64,000 nucleotides of DNA from an uncultured Spirochaetaceae bacterium (GCA_964631585.1 CAZVXU010000001.1:170-64169); one strand, 5' to 3'; positions 38,466 through 53,316 are shown, numbered from the stretch's first letter. Notes: generated from the sequence alone by a model not told the origin. Program-made: numbers and translations.

Positions 38466-41216
38466 ATGGCGGAAGAGCAAAAGACAGAGCAGCAGACTGA
38501 AGAACAGCAAGCACCCGAGCACGAGCTGGTCCAATCGGTTGCCGACCAACTCAATCAGGAAAAATGGACCCGCGCAGCGCTCAATAACTATACAGTTAAT
38601 AACTTCAAGGAGCTGGACGAACTTCTCGACCGCATTATCAGCGAGGGGCTGGAAGATGAGATACTCGAGCTCTGTGAGGAGCATCTCCACCACACGAAGA
38701 ACAGCATAATCGCTCTGTACCTCTCCGGCATGATCCGCCTACGCCATCAGGCAGTCGACGACAGCAACCTCGTGATGCTCATAAACATCTTCACCGATAA
38801 TCACCGCTGGAATATCGTCGAGTACCTTGCAAACAGGATCCTCGACTTCGGCGAGAATCGCTTCGCGCTGCGAACACTAGCGGAGACCTACAACAGCGAG
38901 AACCAGCGGGAAAAGATGTACGACGTGTGGGAGCGTCTCATCCGCGTCGACTACGAGGAGGCGGACATCGTTCGTCATCTCGCCGAGAAACGCGAGGAAG
39001 AGGGTGAGCTCGACGACGCCGTCGATTACTACAAAAAGGCCCTGCACCGCTACATCAACAAGAAGAACTTCAACAACATCAAGGAAATCTGGCACCGGCT
39101 CATTCAGTATGCGCCGGAGGACAGCGAGTTCTTCGATCATGCGGAGGGAAAGATCGCCAAGTTGGTCTCCGAGGATCGTGCCGTGCAACTTCTCGAGGAC
39201 CTCTTCCCCCACTACAAGAAGGAAGGAAACTGGGATCGCGCGATCGAGATCCTGAAGCGGGTACTGACCTATGATCCCAAGAACCCGTGGGCGCGCAAGG
39301 AGATCGTCGAGTGTTACAAACAGAAGTACGCCGACCACAGCCACCTCGATGAGTACATCCGCATATCGAATCTGAATCAGAGCTGGAGAAACGTCCACGA
39401 CGCCATCGCCGATTTCGAGAAGCACATTTCGTTCGATTCGGGCAACTTCGTGTTTCACCGCAGTTGGGGCGTCGGTATCATCCGCAAGATCGACGACGAC
39501 TCGGTGGTTGTGGATTTCGCCAAGAAGCGCGGCCACAAGATGTCGCTCAAGATGGCTGTGAGCGCCCTCGATATTTTGCCGAAAGATCATATCTGGGTAC
39601 TTCGGAGCATCGCGGACAAGCAGAAGCTCCATGACAAAGTCAAGAACGACCCGAAATGGGCCCTGAAGACCGTCATCAAGAGCCTCGGCAACGCGGCTGA
39701 CATGAAGAAGGTCAAAGCCGAGCTTGTCCCCTACGTGCTCTCGCAGCGCGAGTGGTCGTCATGGAGTACCAAGGCGCGACAGATCCTCAAGACGAACAAA
39801 GAGTTCGGGAATCTCACCGACAAGCCCGATTACTTCATGGTGCGCGATCAGCCCATCACTTTTGCCGAGAAGATGTACAACAAGTTTCGCGCCGAGAAGG
39901 ACTTCTTCGGTCGGGTGAAGGTACTGGACGAGTTTCTCGAGCAGTCTGCCGAGGAGGAGCGCGAATCGACGGAGTCCGACCTCTTTCGAGAGATGTTCGA
40001 GTACTTCGCCGGCTTTCTGCGCTCGCAAACCGCGGTAAACGAGCAGGTCGTTGCGAGCTATCTCGTGGTCAAGCGCATAACCGATCGCTTCCCCTTTCTG
40101 AATCCGAGAGTGGAGCTGGACTTTCCCCGCCTCTTCGAGCAGATCGGCAACGTGGAGGAGATATTCTCCCGCATCGACAACGGCGCTCTCAAGAGCGAGT
40201 TCCTCGAACAGATCAAACAGCACGTAAACGACTGGCCGGATTACTATGTGCGGCTGTTTCCCTATCACCTCTCTCGCGATATCATCTACGATCTCGAGAC
40301 CCGCGGTCACGCCGATCGGCTGAAGGATATGTTCTTCAGCATCTTCAACAATTATCGAGACATGCGCGAGCCCTTCGTATGGATGGTTCGCCACTGCGCT
40401 GCCGACGACTGGTACCAGTCGCTGCCCGTGGAATATGAGAAGCTGCTGATAGCGATGGTCCATCTCCTGGATATTACCGCTCGGGAGATTGACAACCGGC
40501 GGGACGTTAGCTCCAATCGCAAGCTTCATCGGCAAATCCACACCTATCTGTTCAAGTCCGGAAATCTCGCCGACTACATCGGCCGCGCCGACGAAGAAAG
40601 CGTGAATCGCCTCTTCAGTCTGGTAAGCGACGTCAAGGACCTCGACCCATCACTGGTGATCGAGATCAAGCAGCGCGTTCTCGACCGTTTCCCGGACTTC
40701 AAGTTCCACGGCGAAGCAGAGGCCGAGATCGTCAGCCGCGGCCTCATCGTCACGCCGTCGAGCTACGAGGCGAAACAGAAGCAGCTCAAGCACATCCACG
40801 AGGTCGAGGTGCCCGAGAACTCCCAGGAGATTGCCGAGGCAAGAGAGCACGGAGACCTGAAGGAGAATGCCGAGTACAAGGCGGCCAAGGAGCGGCAGGA
40901 CATGCTCAACACCACGGCCGCGAGACTGACCGAGGAGATCGAGCGGGCACAGATCGTGCGCCCGAAAGACGTGGACGATTCCGCCGTCACCTTCGGAACG
41001 AAGGTGACGCTCTACAACAATGACTCCGGCGAGCAGGAGGAGTACACGGTGCTCGGTCCGTGGGAGTCGAACCCGGAGGAGTCGGTTATTTCCTACCTCT
41101 CCCCGCTCGGCAGCAAGCTCTACAACCACAAAGAGGGTGAAGAGCTCGAGCTGACGATTAACGATCGCCAGTACAACTATCGGGTGGAGAGCATCGAGGT
41201 CGCGTCGTTCAGCTAA
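38466..41216 (+). CDS. greA: long-form transcription elongation factor GreA (GreA domain at C-terminus, ~760-aa N-terminal extension)
   Basis: 916 aa. The last ~155 aa (from nt ~40743) carry the GreA hallmarks AREHGDLKENAEYKAAKERQ and VTFGTKVTL...YTVLG..ES.P....ISY.SPLG. The N-terminal extension is helical-repeat rich. Confidence 0.85.
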   Translation: MAEEQKTEQQTEEQQAPEHELVQSVADQLNQEKWTRAALNNYTVNNFKELDELLDRIISEGLEDEILELCEEHLHHTKNSIIALYLSGMIRLRHQAVDDSNLVMLINIFTDNHRWNIVEYLANRILDFGENRFALRTLAETYNSENQREKMYDVWERLIRVDYEEADIVRHLAEKREEEGELDDAVDYYKKALHRYINKKNFNNIKEIWHRLIQYAPEDSEFFDHAEGKIAKLVSEDRAVQLLEDLFPHYKKEGNWDRAIEILKRVLTYDPKNPWARKEIVECYKQKYADHSHLDEYIRISNLNQSWRNVHDAIADFEKHISFDSGNFVFHRSWGVGIIRKIDDDSVVVDFAKKRGHKMSLKMAVSALDILPKDHIWVLRSIADKQKLHDKVKNDPKWALKTVIKSLGNAADMKKVKAELVPYVLSQREWSSWSTKARQILKTNKEFGNLTDKPDYFMVRDQPITFAEKMYNKFRAEKDFFGRVKVLDEFLEQSAEEERESTESDLFREMFEYFAGFLRSQTAVNEQVVASYLVVKRITDRFPFLNPRVELDFPRLFEQIGNVEEIFSRIDNGALKSEFLEQIKQHVNDWPDYYVRLFPYHLSRDIIYDLETRGHADRLKDMFFSIFNNYRDMREPFVWMVRHCAADDWYQSLPVEYEKLLIAMVHLLDITAREIDNRRDVSSNRKLHRQIHTYLFKSGNLADYIGRADEESVNRLFSLVSDVKDLDPSLVIEIKQRVLDRFPDFKFHGEAEAEIVSRGLIVTPSSYEAKQKQLKHIHEVEVPENSQEIAEAREHGDLKENAEYKAAKERQDMLNTTAARLTEEIERAQIVRPKDVDDSAVTFGTKVTLYNNDSGEQEEYTVLGPWESNPEESVISYLSPLGSKLYNHKEGEELELTINDRQYNYRVESIEVASFS

Positions 41217-41219
41217 CCG

Positions 41220-41771
41220 CTAATCGTTCTGCGGGGCGGATTCCGAGGTCGCTCGCAAGCTTTCGTTGATTCGTTCCACCGCGGCATTCACGTCCGCGGC
41301 GGAGCTTCGCATTCGCCGCTCGAAGCGCCGAAAGCGCCGCCGGTCGATGTCCGCATCCTCGGCGGGCTCCACACTCATCGCGGAAATCGTGTTGGCCCAG
41401 CTCTCGAGCTCGCCCCGCAGAGCCCCCAGCGTCGCACGATGAGGGAGATGTCCTTCTTCTTCCACCGCGACGGCCACTGCACTCGCCCGGCGCGACAGCT
41501 CGCCCAGCGCCGCCTCAGCTTCGCTCAGCTCGGCTTCACGGGTAAGACGCGGAGAGGGAACCTCGGTCTCGTGAGCCTGACGTGCGGCACTCTCCTGGGC
41601 GGCAATGCCCGGCGCGAGAAGTGCGGCGAGCACACCCAGCACACCCGCAAGCACCAGAGTCCGGATGTCGGGAGTCCTGAAGCCGGGAGCCCTGATGCAG
41701 TGCCCGCCGGCACTAAAGCTGTTCGAGTACCGTTTCTGCATTCTGTCTGACCGCCGGGTGGTTTCCTTCAT
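41220..41771 (-). CDS. hypothetical secreted helical protein
   Basis: 183 aa with a hydrophobic N-terminal segment (LVLAGVLGVLAALLAPGIAAQE) and an Ala/Glu/Arg-rich rest. The start is uncertain because it overlaps the upstream gene's 3' end. Confidence 0.45.
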   Translation of the reverse strand: MKETTRRSDRMQKRYSNSFSAGGHCIRAPGFRTPDIRTLVLAGVLGVLAALLAPGIAAQESAARQAHETEVPSPRLTREAELSEAEAALGELSRRASAVAVAVEEEGHLPHRATLGALRGELESWANTISAMSVEPAEDADIDRRRFRRFERRMRSSAADVNAAVERINESLRATSESAPQND

Positions 41772-43202
41772 CGGATTTCTCCTCGACTTTCGTCTTCAGT
41801 CTGAGTATGCGATTCCTTCCGATTCCACGCAGGCCGAAGACCTGGACGGCAGGATCAGGATGCGTCAGGAACTTCGAGTACAGCTCGGCGAGGGCTTCGG
41901 CCTCCTTCCGGGAAAGCTCCCGGGCAATGAAGCCCAGAAGCCGCGACTGGGCCACCGACCACTCAGCCTCGACGGCTTTCTCGAGTACGTTGATGGAACC
42001 CGAAAGATCATGCTCCATAAGAGCAGTAGCAGCCGCGAGCCGGTCGTTCATCGAGTTGCCATCGTCGAGGAGATACTCCTCCACAAAGCTCGTGGCCCGC
42101 CCGGTGCCGAGTTGCACGAGCGTGGCGAACGCCTCCGACCGTACCCGCTCCTCGGGGTCCTGCTCGGCCTTATAGATCACCGCGGGCACCGCATCGGTCA
42201 TCCCGTTGCGTGCAACGCCCTGCAGGGCGAACTGACGCACACGCCACACAGAGTCGCGCAGCGCGGCCATGAGGACGGGCTCTGTCTCCGGGTCGTCGAA
42301 CCGGCTCAGCGCCGACACCGCATACGCCCGAACTATGGCATCCTCGGCGGAGACCATCTCCTTCAGGACCTCGAGAGCCTGCGGATCTCCGATCCGGCCG
42401 AGAGAGTCCGCAGCGTACCCTCGGATCAAACGCGCCTCATCATCGTTGCGTGCGATGTCTACGAGGGCATCGATAGCAGCCGGTGCTCCGATGTCTCCGA
42501 GAGCAAGGATGAGCTGCCCGCGGAGCTCGTCGTCGGCCGCCTCTTCGAGCGCCCCGACGAGGGCCGCCGCGTCATCCTCACCGCCCTTCTCACCAATCAC
42601 GCGTGCCGCCTCCGCGGTGAATCCGGAGTACGGGTCGGCGGCAATCGGGCGAACCGCGCCGACGGCCTCCGGGGGAAGCTCGAAACCTCCGTTTCTCAGG
42701 TAGGAGAGCGTCGCGCGAACCAGCTCCGGTCGCTCGTCACGGTGGTATTCGAGGATCTCGATGGCTTCGTCGACCGCCACCTCGGCGTCCATCTCCATGA
42801 AGAACTCGAAGATGGAGGCCTTGAGTCGCGGGTTCAGAGAGCTCTGCAATAAGGCCTCCACTTCGTCGTTGAGACTGTTTACGCCGTTGCTGCTGAGCAC
42901 CGGAAGAAGCTCCTCGACCTGTGAGTCGATACCGTACAGAAGGGTCTCACGCCACTGCTCAATGAGTGGCTTCTCTTCGGGTTCTGCGTCAGTGGACGCG
43001 GGCGACTCTTCGCTTTGCGGCGCCTCCTCTTCCGCCGGCGCCTCCTGCGCGGCAACGTTCAGCGGCGCCATCAGCACCCATCCGGCGATAAGCACCAATC
43101 CCGCAACGAACGACGGCAGCCCCCTCGCCACCCTCACATGCGTCGCCTTCGCGGTGCGCGTCGCCCGCGATACTTGTTCTCTGTATTGCGCATTTGTAGC
43201 TC

Positions 43203-43206
<4 letters not shown>
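41713..43206 (-). CDS. secreted HEAT/PBS-lyase-like repeat protein
   Basis: I start it at the ATG at 43206, an ATGA overlap with the murJ stop. A signal-like segment (FVAGLVLIAGWVLMAPLNVAAQE) is followed by repeated helical pairs with (D/N)..VR..A..AL motifs. Confidence 0.7.
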
Positions 43207-46962
<3,756 letters not shown>

Positions 46963-46966
<4 letters not shown>

Positions 46967-48258
46967 TGCTGCCTCCTCAGGAAAAAGACCAGCGCTCCGA
47001 GCCCGAGCAGAAGCAGGTTCGGTGCCCACATCGACAGGAAGGCCGAATACGAGAGCTGCTGCGTGCCCAGCGTCTGTCCGGCGATCAGCATGGCCCAGTA
47101 CACCACGGCAACCATCAGGCCCACGGCAAAACCGACCGATTTGCCGCTCCTTCGCGAGAGAAGCCCTATCGGAAAGGCAAACACCGTGAACGCGAGACAG
47201 GCAAAGGGAATGGAGAACTTCTTGTGGAACTCGATCCAGTAGATCTGCAAACTCCGGTCGCGAATCACGCGGGAATCCGAGCGCTGAAGCGACTCCAGGC
47301 GAGCGCCCAGCTCCTCGAGGGAGGGCGGACGTCGAGCCCCATCCTCCCCGTACACATCCATCCTGCTCGCGGAGAGATAGTCCCGGTAGAGCGCAGACCG
47401 CTCCCGCGCCACGGAGGCCTCGTGCGCCTCGCGGCGCTCGGCAAGCTCCGACCGTTTCTCGCGGATCACCGAGTATACGTCCACCGAGCTCATTTCACGG
47501 GGCCCCGGTGAACGAACCGAGAACGTGATATCGCGCAGCAGCACATTGTACACCATGGAAGCGGCCGAGAAGTACTCGTAGCCCTCGCCCTCACCGGCCC
47601 GCCCCTGTTGACTGAATACGTCTTCGAGCTCGAGAGAGAGTACCCCGGGCGCCGGGCCCTCCTCGGTGAGCCGCGCCTGTTTGGCGGAGATGATGCGCCG
47701 CTCCCCACCTTCAGGGGCCTCGATGATCACGAGGTCGTCTATCCCTTCCCCGTCCACGTTTCCGGTCACGAGGGTACTGTCCCGGTACCTGATTACCGAG
47801 TGAGGCTCGAGCTCGAGCCTCGGATTGGAGTAGAGCAACTCGCGGTAGAGATTGCCGAATCTGATGGTGCCGAGCGGCAGAAAGTAATCGTTCATTACAA
47901 AAGAAAACACCGAGAAGGCAATCCCGAGTACCAGCATCGGGACAAACAGCACACGATGCGAGATACCGGATGCACGGAAGGCGATGATCTCGTTGTCCGA
48001 GGAAAGGCGACCGACCGCCATGAGGGCACCGACGAGCGCCCCAAAGGGAAACGAGAGCGCCACGATAGAGGGAAGCGAGTAGAGAATCAGCTTCAGCACA
48101 TCGACCAGCGGAACATCCTTTGCCAGGATGTCTTCCGCAAGCAGAAGGAGCTGATTGACAAAAAAGATGAAAAAGAAAAAGAGGAACGCCACGAGGAACG
48201 AGAGCAGAAACTCCCGGGCCACATAGGCGTATGTCGTGTAGTACCTGCGCCCCGGCAT
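46963..48258 (-). CDS. LptF/LptG-family (YjgP/YjgQ) permease, first copy
   Basis: 431 aa with the same architecture as its neighbour (YVAREFLLSFLVAFLFFFFIFFVNQLL at the N-terminus). Confidence 0.8.
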
Positions 48259-48264
48259 AGCCGC

Positions 48265-48729
48265 TCAACGTCCGGTAGAGCCGAAGCCTCCGCTTCCCCG
48301 GGCTGAATCGCTCAGGTGGCCCGGCTCGAACTCAGCCCTGACAACCGGCGCGACCACGATCTGTCCGATACGCTCCCCGCGGCGCACCACAAACGCCTCG
48401 TCGCCGAGGTTAATCAGAACGAGTCGAATCTCTCCCCGATAGTCGGAATCGATAGTGCCGGGAGCGTTCAGCAGCGTAACACCGTGGTGCGCGGCTAGAC
48501 CTGAACGGGGGCGAATCTGTCCCTCGTATCCGCGGGGAATGGCTAGCCTCACCCCCGTCGGTACGAGCGCCCGCCCGCCGGGCGGAATCGATACGGGATC
48601 CTCCACCGCCGCCTTCAGATCGGCGCCGGCGGCGTCGGCGGAGGAGTACACCGGCGTAAGGTCGGACGGGCACTCGCAGGGGATACCGACGGCCGTCCAC
48701 GTCTCACTCAGGGTGTACTCCTCGTTCAT
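48265..48729 (-). CDS. dut: dUTP diphosphatase
   Basis: 154 aa with [22 protein letters not shown] and RIGQ motifs. Confidence 0.92.
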   Translation of the reverse strand: MNEEYTLSETWTAVGIPCECPSDLTPVYSSADAAGADLKAAVEDPVSIPPGGRALVPTGVRLAIPRGYEGQIRPRSGLAAHHGVTLLNAPGTIDSDYRGEIRLVLINLGDEAFVVRRGERIGQIVVAPVVRAEFEPGHLSDSARGSGGFGSTGR

Positions 48730-48732
48730 GAG

Positions 48733-50946
48733 CTAATCGCGCCTGCGGTCCCGGTCGTGATGAGGCCGGCCACCGTGACCACGATCGCCACCCCGGTCAC
48801 CGCCACGTCCGCGGTCGCCCCCGCGTCCGCCACGATCCTGTCGGAGGCTCGTGCCGGGCTCGTCCATACCCTCGTAAATGAGGCTCAGGTTGACGCGTCC
48901 CATCTTGTCAATCTCAATGAGCTTGACATCGACTTCCTGGTTGAGCTCGAGAACGTCGCTGACGGAGTTGACCCGTTCAGCGGCCATCTTCGAGATGTGA
49001 CAGAGGCCTTCCTTCCCGGGCAGAAACTCAATGAATGCGCCGAAGTCCATTATGCGCTTGACAACGCCCCTGTAGACCTTACCGACCTCCGGCTCCTCGA
49101 GAAGCTTCATGAAGGCGTCGCGGGCGCCCTCGCCGCTTTCCTTGTCCTTCGTATAGATCGTGACAAGACCGCTGTCGTTGATGTCCGTCTGAACGCTAAA
49201 GCGCTCGCTAATCCCCTTGATGTTCTTACCTGAGGGCCCGATGAGGAGGCCGATCTTATCGGGGTCAACCGAGAAGGAGATGATGCGTGGCGCATACTCC
49301 GAGAGCTCCGCTGCCGGCTGTGCAATCGCGTCGTTCATCTTGTCGAGTATGAACAGGCGGCCCTTGCGCGCCTGCTCGAGCGCGGTCTTGAGAACCTCGG
49401 GATCGACGTTGCTGACCTTGATATCCATCTGGAAAGCAGTAATGCCTTCCGCACTTCCGGCGACCTTGAAGTCCATATCGCCGAGATGGTCTTCCTCACC
49501 GAGGATGTCGGAGAGGACGCGAACCTCCTCACCTTCATTGACCATACCCATGGCGATTCCGGCAACCGGCTTCTTGATGGGCACCCCGGCGTCCATGAGG
49601 GCCAGGCTGCTCGCGCATACCGTGGCCATGGACGACGAGCCGTTCGACTCGAGAATCTCAGAGACAATCCGGATGGTGTATGGGAAGACTTCCTTGGCCG
49701 GCAGAACCGCCTCAACCGCGCGGTGCGCGAGGTGGCCGTGACCGACTTCCCGTCGCCCGGTGCCGAGTCGACCCGTCTCCCCGACCGAATACGGCGGGAA
49801 GTTGTAGTGCAGCAAAAACCCCGAGCGGCGATCACCCTCGATATCGTCAAAGATCTGCTCATCGTGGGCGGTGCCGAGCGTGGTAATACCGAGCGCCTGT
49901 GTTTCTCCTCGGGTAAAGAGAGAGGACCCGTGGGTGCGCTGCAGCACGTCGATCTCGGCAGTGATGGGCCGGATGTCTTCCAGTCCGCGACCGTCGGTAC
50001 GGGTATTCGTGTTGATGATGGAGGAGCGGACTACCTCTTTTTCCAGACCTTCCATGAGCTTGTGAAACTGCTTCTCATGGTCTTCGTCGACGTCCTCGCC
50101 GAAGTTCTCGAGCGTCTCCTCGATTACTCTATTGATGGCTGAAACCCGATCGAACTTTCCCTTCACGAAGCAGGCTTCTTCCATCTTGGGGCGGGCGAAA
50201 GCCAGGATCTCCGCCTCCTTCTCCAGCGGAGGCGCGTCCTCGACGAGGGGAAGTTTCTCGAGTCCAACGGCCTCCCGCATCTTCAGCTGTGCGGTGCACA
50301 GCTCCTGAATGGGGCCGCGGGCCTTCTCGATGGCGTCGATCAGAAGACTCTCGGGTACGTGATCGCCGCCGCCTTCGACCATGGTGATACCTTCCTGGGT
50401 ACCGGCGACGATGATGTCGAGCTCGGCCCGTTCGATCTGCTCGAAGGTCGGATTAACGATGAGCTCCCCGTCCACCGAAGCCACGCGCACCGCTCCGGTC
50501 GGACCCTCGAAAGGGATGTCCGAAATGGTGACCGCGGCCGAAGCGGCAACCATCGCGACGACGTCAGGAGGATTGATCTGGTCTGTCGAAATGATCGTCG
50601 GTACAACCTGGATATCGCGCTTGAAGGCCTTCGAGAACAGCGGCCGCATGGGACGGTCGATGAGACGGGAGACCAGAATTTCCTTATCCTTGGGACGACC
50701 CTCGCGCTTTATGAACCCGCCGGGGATCTTCCCCGCGGCGTAGTACTTTTCGTTGTATTCTACATGCAGGGGGACGAAATCCAGTCCCTCAGTCGGCTTA
50801 TCCGCCGCGCACACCGTAGCGAGAACGGCGCTGCCTCCGTACTGGGCGAATACCGCGCCGTTTGCCTGTTTGGCCATGCGTCCGGTTTCGAGGACGAGGT
50901 CTTCCTGTCCCACCTTGACCGTTACGCGTTCAATCTGTTGTTGCAT
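48733..50946 (-). CDS. pnp: polyribonucleotide nucleotidyltransferase (PNPase)
   Basis: 737 aa with two RNase PH domains, a KH domain and an S1 domain, plus an Arg/Gly-rich C-terminal tail. Confidence 0.97.
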   Translation of the reverse strand: MQQQIERVTVKVGQEDLVLETGRMAKQANGAVFAQYGGSAVLATVCAADKPTEGLDFVPLHVEYNEKYYAAGKIPGGFIKREGRPKDKEILVSRLIDRPMRPLFSKAFKRDIQVVPTIISTDQINPPDVVAMVAASAAVTISDIPFEGPTGAVRVASVDGELIVNPTFEQIERAELDIIVAGTQEGITMVEGGGDHVPESLLIDAIEKARGPIQELCTAQLKMREAVGLEKLPLVEDAPPLEKEAEILAFARPKMEEACFVKGKFDRVSAINRVIEETLENFGEDVDEDHEKQFHKLMEGLEKEVVRSSIINTNTRTDGRGLEDIRPITAEIDVLQRTHGSSLFTRGETQALGITTLGTAHDEQIFDDIEGDRRSGFLLHYNFPPYSVGETGRLGTGRREVGHGHLAHRAVEAVLPAKEVFPYTIRIVSEILESNGSSSMATVCASSLALMDAGVPIKKPVAGIAMGMVNEGEEVRVLSDILGEEDHLGDMDFKVAGSAEGITAFQMDIKVSNVDPEVLKTALEQARKGRLFILDKMNDAIAQPAAELSEYAPRIISFSVDPDKIGLLIGPSGKNIKGISERFSVQTDINDSGLVTIYTKDKESGEGARDAFMKLLEEPEVGKVYRGVVKRIMDFGAFIEFLPGKEGLCHISKMAAERVNSVSDVLELNQEVDVKLIEIDKMGRVNLSLIYEGMDEPGTSLRQDRGGRGGDRGRGGDRGGDRGHGGRPHHDRDRRRD

Positions 50947-50988
50947 ATTTCTTCCTTCGTTTTTGAAACCGGGGACCCGGCGGACCGG

Positions 50989-51258
50989 TTACTTGCGCAG
51001 TCCGAGTTTTTTCAGCACTTCCCGGTACTTATCGAGATCAGTCTTCTGGAGGTACCGAAGAAGCCGTCGACGCTGGCCGACAAGCTTCAGCAAGCCGCGT
51101 CGCGAGGCGTGGTCCTTGGTGTGAATCTTGAAATGTTCCGTGAGCTCCTGGATACGGCGGGTAAGCAGTGCTATCTGCACTTCGGTATCACCGGTGTTCT
51201 TCTCACTTCCGCCGTGAGCGCTGACGATTTCAGCCTTTTTCTCTTTGGTAAGCGACAT
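50989..51258 (-). CDS. rpsO: 30S ribosomal protein S15
   Basis: 89 aa containing [33 protein letters not shown]. Confidence 0.97.
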   Translation of the reverse strand: MSLTKEKKAEIVSAHGGSEKNTGDTEVQIALLTRRIQELTEHFKIHTKDHASRRGLLKLVGQRRRLLRYLQKTDLDKYREVLKKLGLRK

Positions 51259-52090
51259 CTCTTTCTCCTTCTATTCCAATCCCGGTTCTCGTTGGGAACT
51301 CGATCTGCGATATCCCGGCAGCCGGAACCGAAATCCTGCCGCCGTGCGACCCGGTGAGCCGCAGCCCCTCCGGGTCGATATGGACGACGGCCTCGAAAGG
51401 CCCGTCCGTTGTGAATACTGTGCTGCGGAATGCTCCTGAGAAGGGAATCACTTGCCCGATGAGCGACCGCGGTACCCACACCTCATGTAGGCTCGTCTCG
51501 ATCGTCACATCTCGCAGGTCCAGCACGAAGCTTCCGCCCAGCAGCGCACGAGCGGTTTCAAAATCACCGTTCGCAACCGCCTGGCGTATACGGGTACTAC
51601 TAACTGGGGTGCCAGTATGATAAACGGCACCCGCAATGTCAACCCTGACCCGGTGGGCCGAGAAGTAACGGCCGACACTCCGGGCGTCCGTATCCATGTT
51701 TCGGCCGCAGTGAAAATCCGGTCCCACCGCAGCGTACCCTATGTTCAGAGCACTCAGAAGGTGATCGAGGAAATCCGCGCCGGGCATCGCCCGGAAGGCG
51801 TCGTCGAAGTCAGCAAGCACGACCAGCTCGATACCGTAAGCCTCGAGGCGCTCAAGCTTCTGCCGGATCGATAGAACGTCTCCCGCATAGGTACGAGGCC
51901 GCAGTACCGTCTGGGGATTCTGGCGGAACGTGAACACCGCGGGCGCCGCCGTGCCCCGGTTTTCTTCCAGCAGGTCGAACAACGCCCTGTGCCCCGGATG
52001 AATGCCGTCAAAGACCCCGAAGGTCAGCGCCACCTCATCGGGCATTTCCATCCTGCCCTCTTCAACGCTCCGCCAGTCGGCTACTCTCAC
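51230..52090 (-). CDS. ribF: bifunctional riboflavin kinase / FAD synthetase
   Basis: 286 aa with a GTG start overlapping the truB stop. It carries the [13 protein letters not shown] motif and a C-terminal riboflavin-kinase-like part. Its 3' end overlaps rpsO by 29 nt. Confidence 0.85.
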   Translation of the reverse strand: MRVADWRSVEEGRMEMPDEVALTFGVFDGIHPGHRALFDLLEENRGTAAPAVFTFRQNPQTVLRPRTYAGDVLSIRQKLERLEAYGIELVVLADFDDAFRAMPGADFLDHLLSALNIGYAAVGPDFHCGRNMDTDARSVGRYFSAHRVRVDIAGAVYHTGTPVSSTRIRQAVANGDFETARALLGGSFVLDLRDVTIETSLHEVWVPRSLIGQVIPFSGAFRSTVFTTDGPFEAVVHIDPEGLRLTGSHGGRISVPAAGISQIEFPTRTGIGIEGERDVAYQREKG

Positions 52091-52965
52091 ACTTGCTCCA
52101 CCGATACAAACACGTATTTCATTCGATCACCCGTCTTTTCGGTGACCGCCGCGAGCTGCCCGCCTTTCGTGAACAGCAGGACCAGTCCATCATCCAGCGA
52201 CGTCGCCCCGGCGTCCGCGCAAGAAAGCGCAGCTCCGTGCGCCACGCGTCCCGCCAGCCCCTCTTCTATCGTTACCGTCTGGAGACTCTCCAGACGGTCG
52301 GCGAACGCCGCAGCGCCGATCAAATGCCGCGCCGGTACAAATTCGTCAGGCGATATCGCCTCGTCAACACCGAATGGACCGATCGCCGTGCGGCGCAACT
52401 CAGTTACGTGGGCGACAGTCCCGAGTCGCTCGGCGATATCCCGTGCCAGCGACCGCACGTACGTTCCCGAGCCGCACCGTATATCCAGCACAGCCTCCGG
52501 CGCATCGTACTCCGAGACTTCGATGGCGTGCACGCGCACCCGACGTGCGTCAAGGGTGACCTGCTCCCCGCCCCTTACCCGCTGGTAAGCACGCCGCCCG
52601 TCCACGTGCACCGCCGAGTACGCCGGCGGCACCTGTTCGACATCGCCGACAAACTCAGCCATGATCTCCCGGAGCTGATCGGCATCCGGTGCCGCACCGC
52701 GAGCCGTCACCGCGCCCTCGGGATCAAGGGTTTCCGTCTCTACTCCGAAGTGGACCCGGGCCACATAGCGCTTGTCGAGCTCCGAGAATACGCGAATGAG
52801 CCGTGTGAGCTTCCCGGTGAGAACAATAAGGAGGCCGGTTGCAAAGCGATCGAGCGTACCGGCGTGTCCCACTTTACCGGTGGCGAGCTCGCGCTTTACG
52901 GGTCCGAGCGCCTCGAAGGACGTACGGCCCGCGGGTTTGTCGAGAAGTGCGAGACCATCGGGCAT
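52087..52965 (-). CDS. truB: tRNA pseudouridine-55 synthase
   Basis: 292 aa with GLALLDKPAG.TS, the catalytic motif GHAGTLD and PPAYSAV. Confidence 0.9.
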   Translation of the reverse strand: MPDGLALLDKPAGRTSFEALGPVKRELATGKVGHAGTLDRFATGLLIVLTGKLTRLIRVFSELDKRYVARVHFGVETETLDPEGAVTARGAAPDADQLREIMAEFVGDVEQVPPAYSAVHVDGRRAYQRVRGGEQVTLDARRVRVHAIEVSEYDAPEAVLDIRCGSGTYVRSLARDIAERLGTVAHVTELRRTAIGPFGVDEAISPDEFVPARHLIGAAAFADRLESLQTVTIEEGLAGRVAHGAALSCADAGATSLDDGLVLLFTKGGQLAAVTEKTGDRMKYVFVSVEQV

Positions 52966-53312
52966 CAGGATTCCAGCTTGCGGATCGTCTCGGTAACCTT
53001 GAACCCTTCTTCGATACTGTGGTCGGCGACGAAGCGCAGCTTCGGCGTGGAGCGAAGCTCCAGGTGCTTGCCGATACGTGATTGTATGAACCCGGCGCCG
53101 TGGTTCAGTCCTTCGACCGCCGCGTCCAGCTCCTCCGCCGACACATAGCCGGACATGCGCACCGTAGCGTTCCGGAGATCTTTGGACAGTGAAACGTTGC
53201 GCACAAGGACCATGGAGGTGACGCGGGGGTCCTTTATTTCTTCACGCAGGATGAGCGCGCTCACCTCCTGGAGGATGAGCTGCTCAACCCGCTCTACGCG
53301 AAACTTCGACAT
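52965..53312 (-). CDS. rbfA: ribosome-binding factor A
   Basis: I start it at the internal Met (MSKFRVERVEQLILQEVS), 5 nt downstream of the infB stop. This is the KH-like RbfA family. Confidence 0.88.
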   Translation of the reverse strand: MSKFRVERVEQLILQEVSALILREEIKDPRVTSMVLVRNVSLSKDLRNATVRMSGYVSAEELDAAVEGLNHGAGFIQSRIGKHLELRSTPKLRFVADHSIEEGFKVTETIRKLES

Positions 53313-53316
53313 GGTC

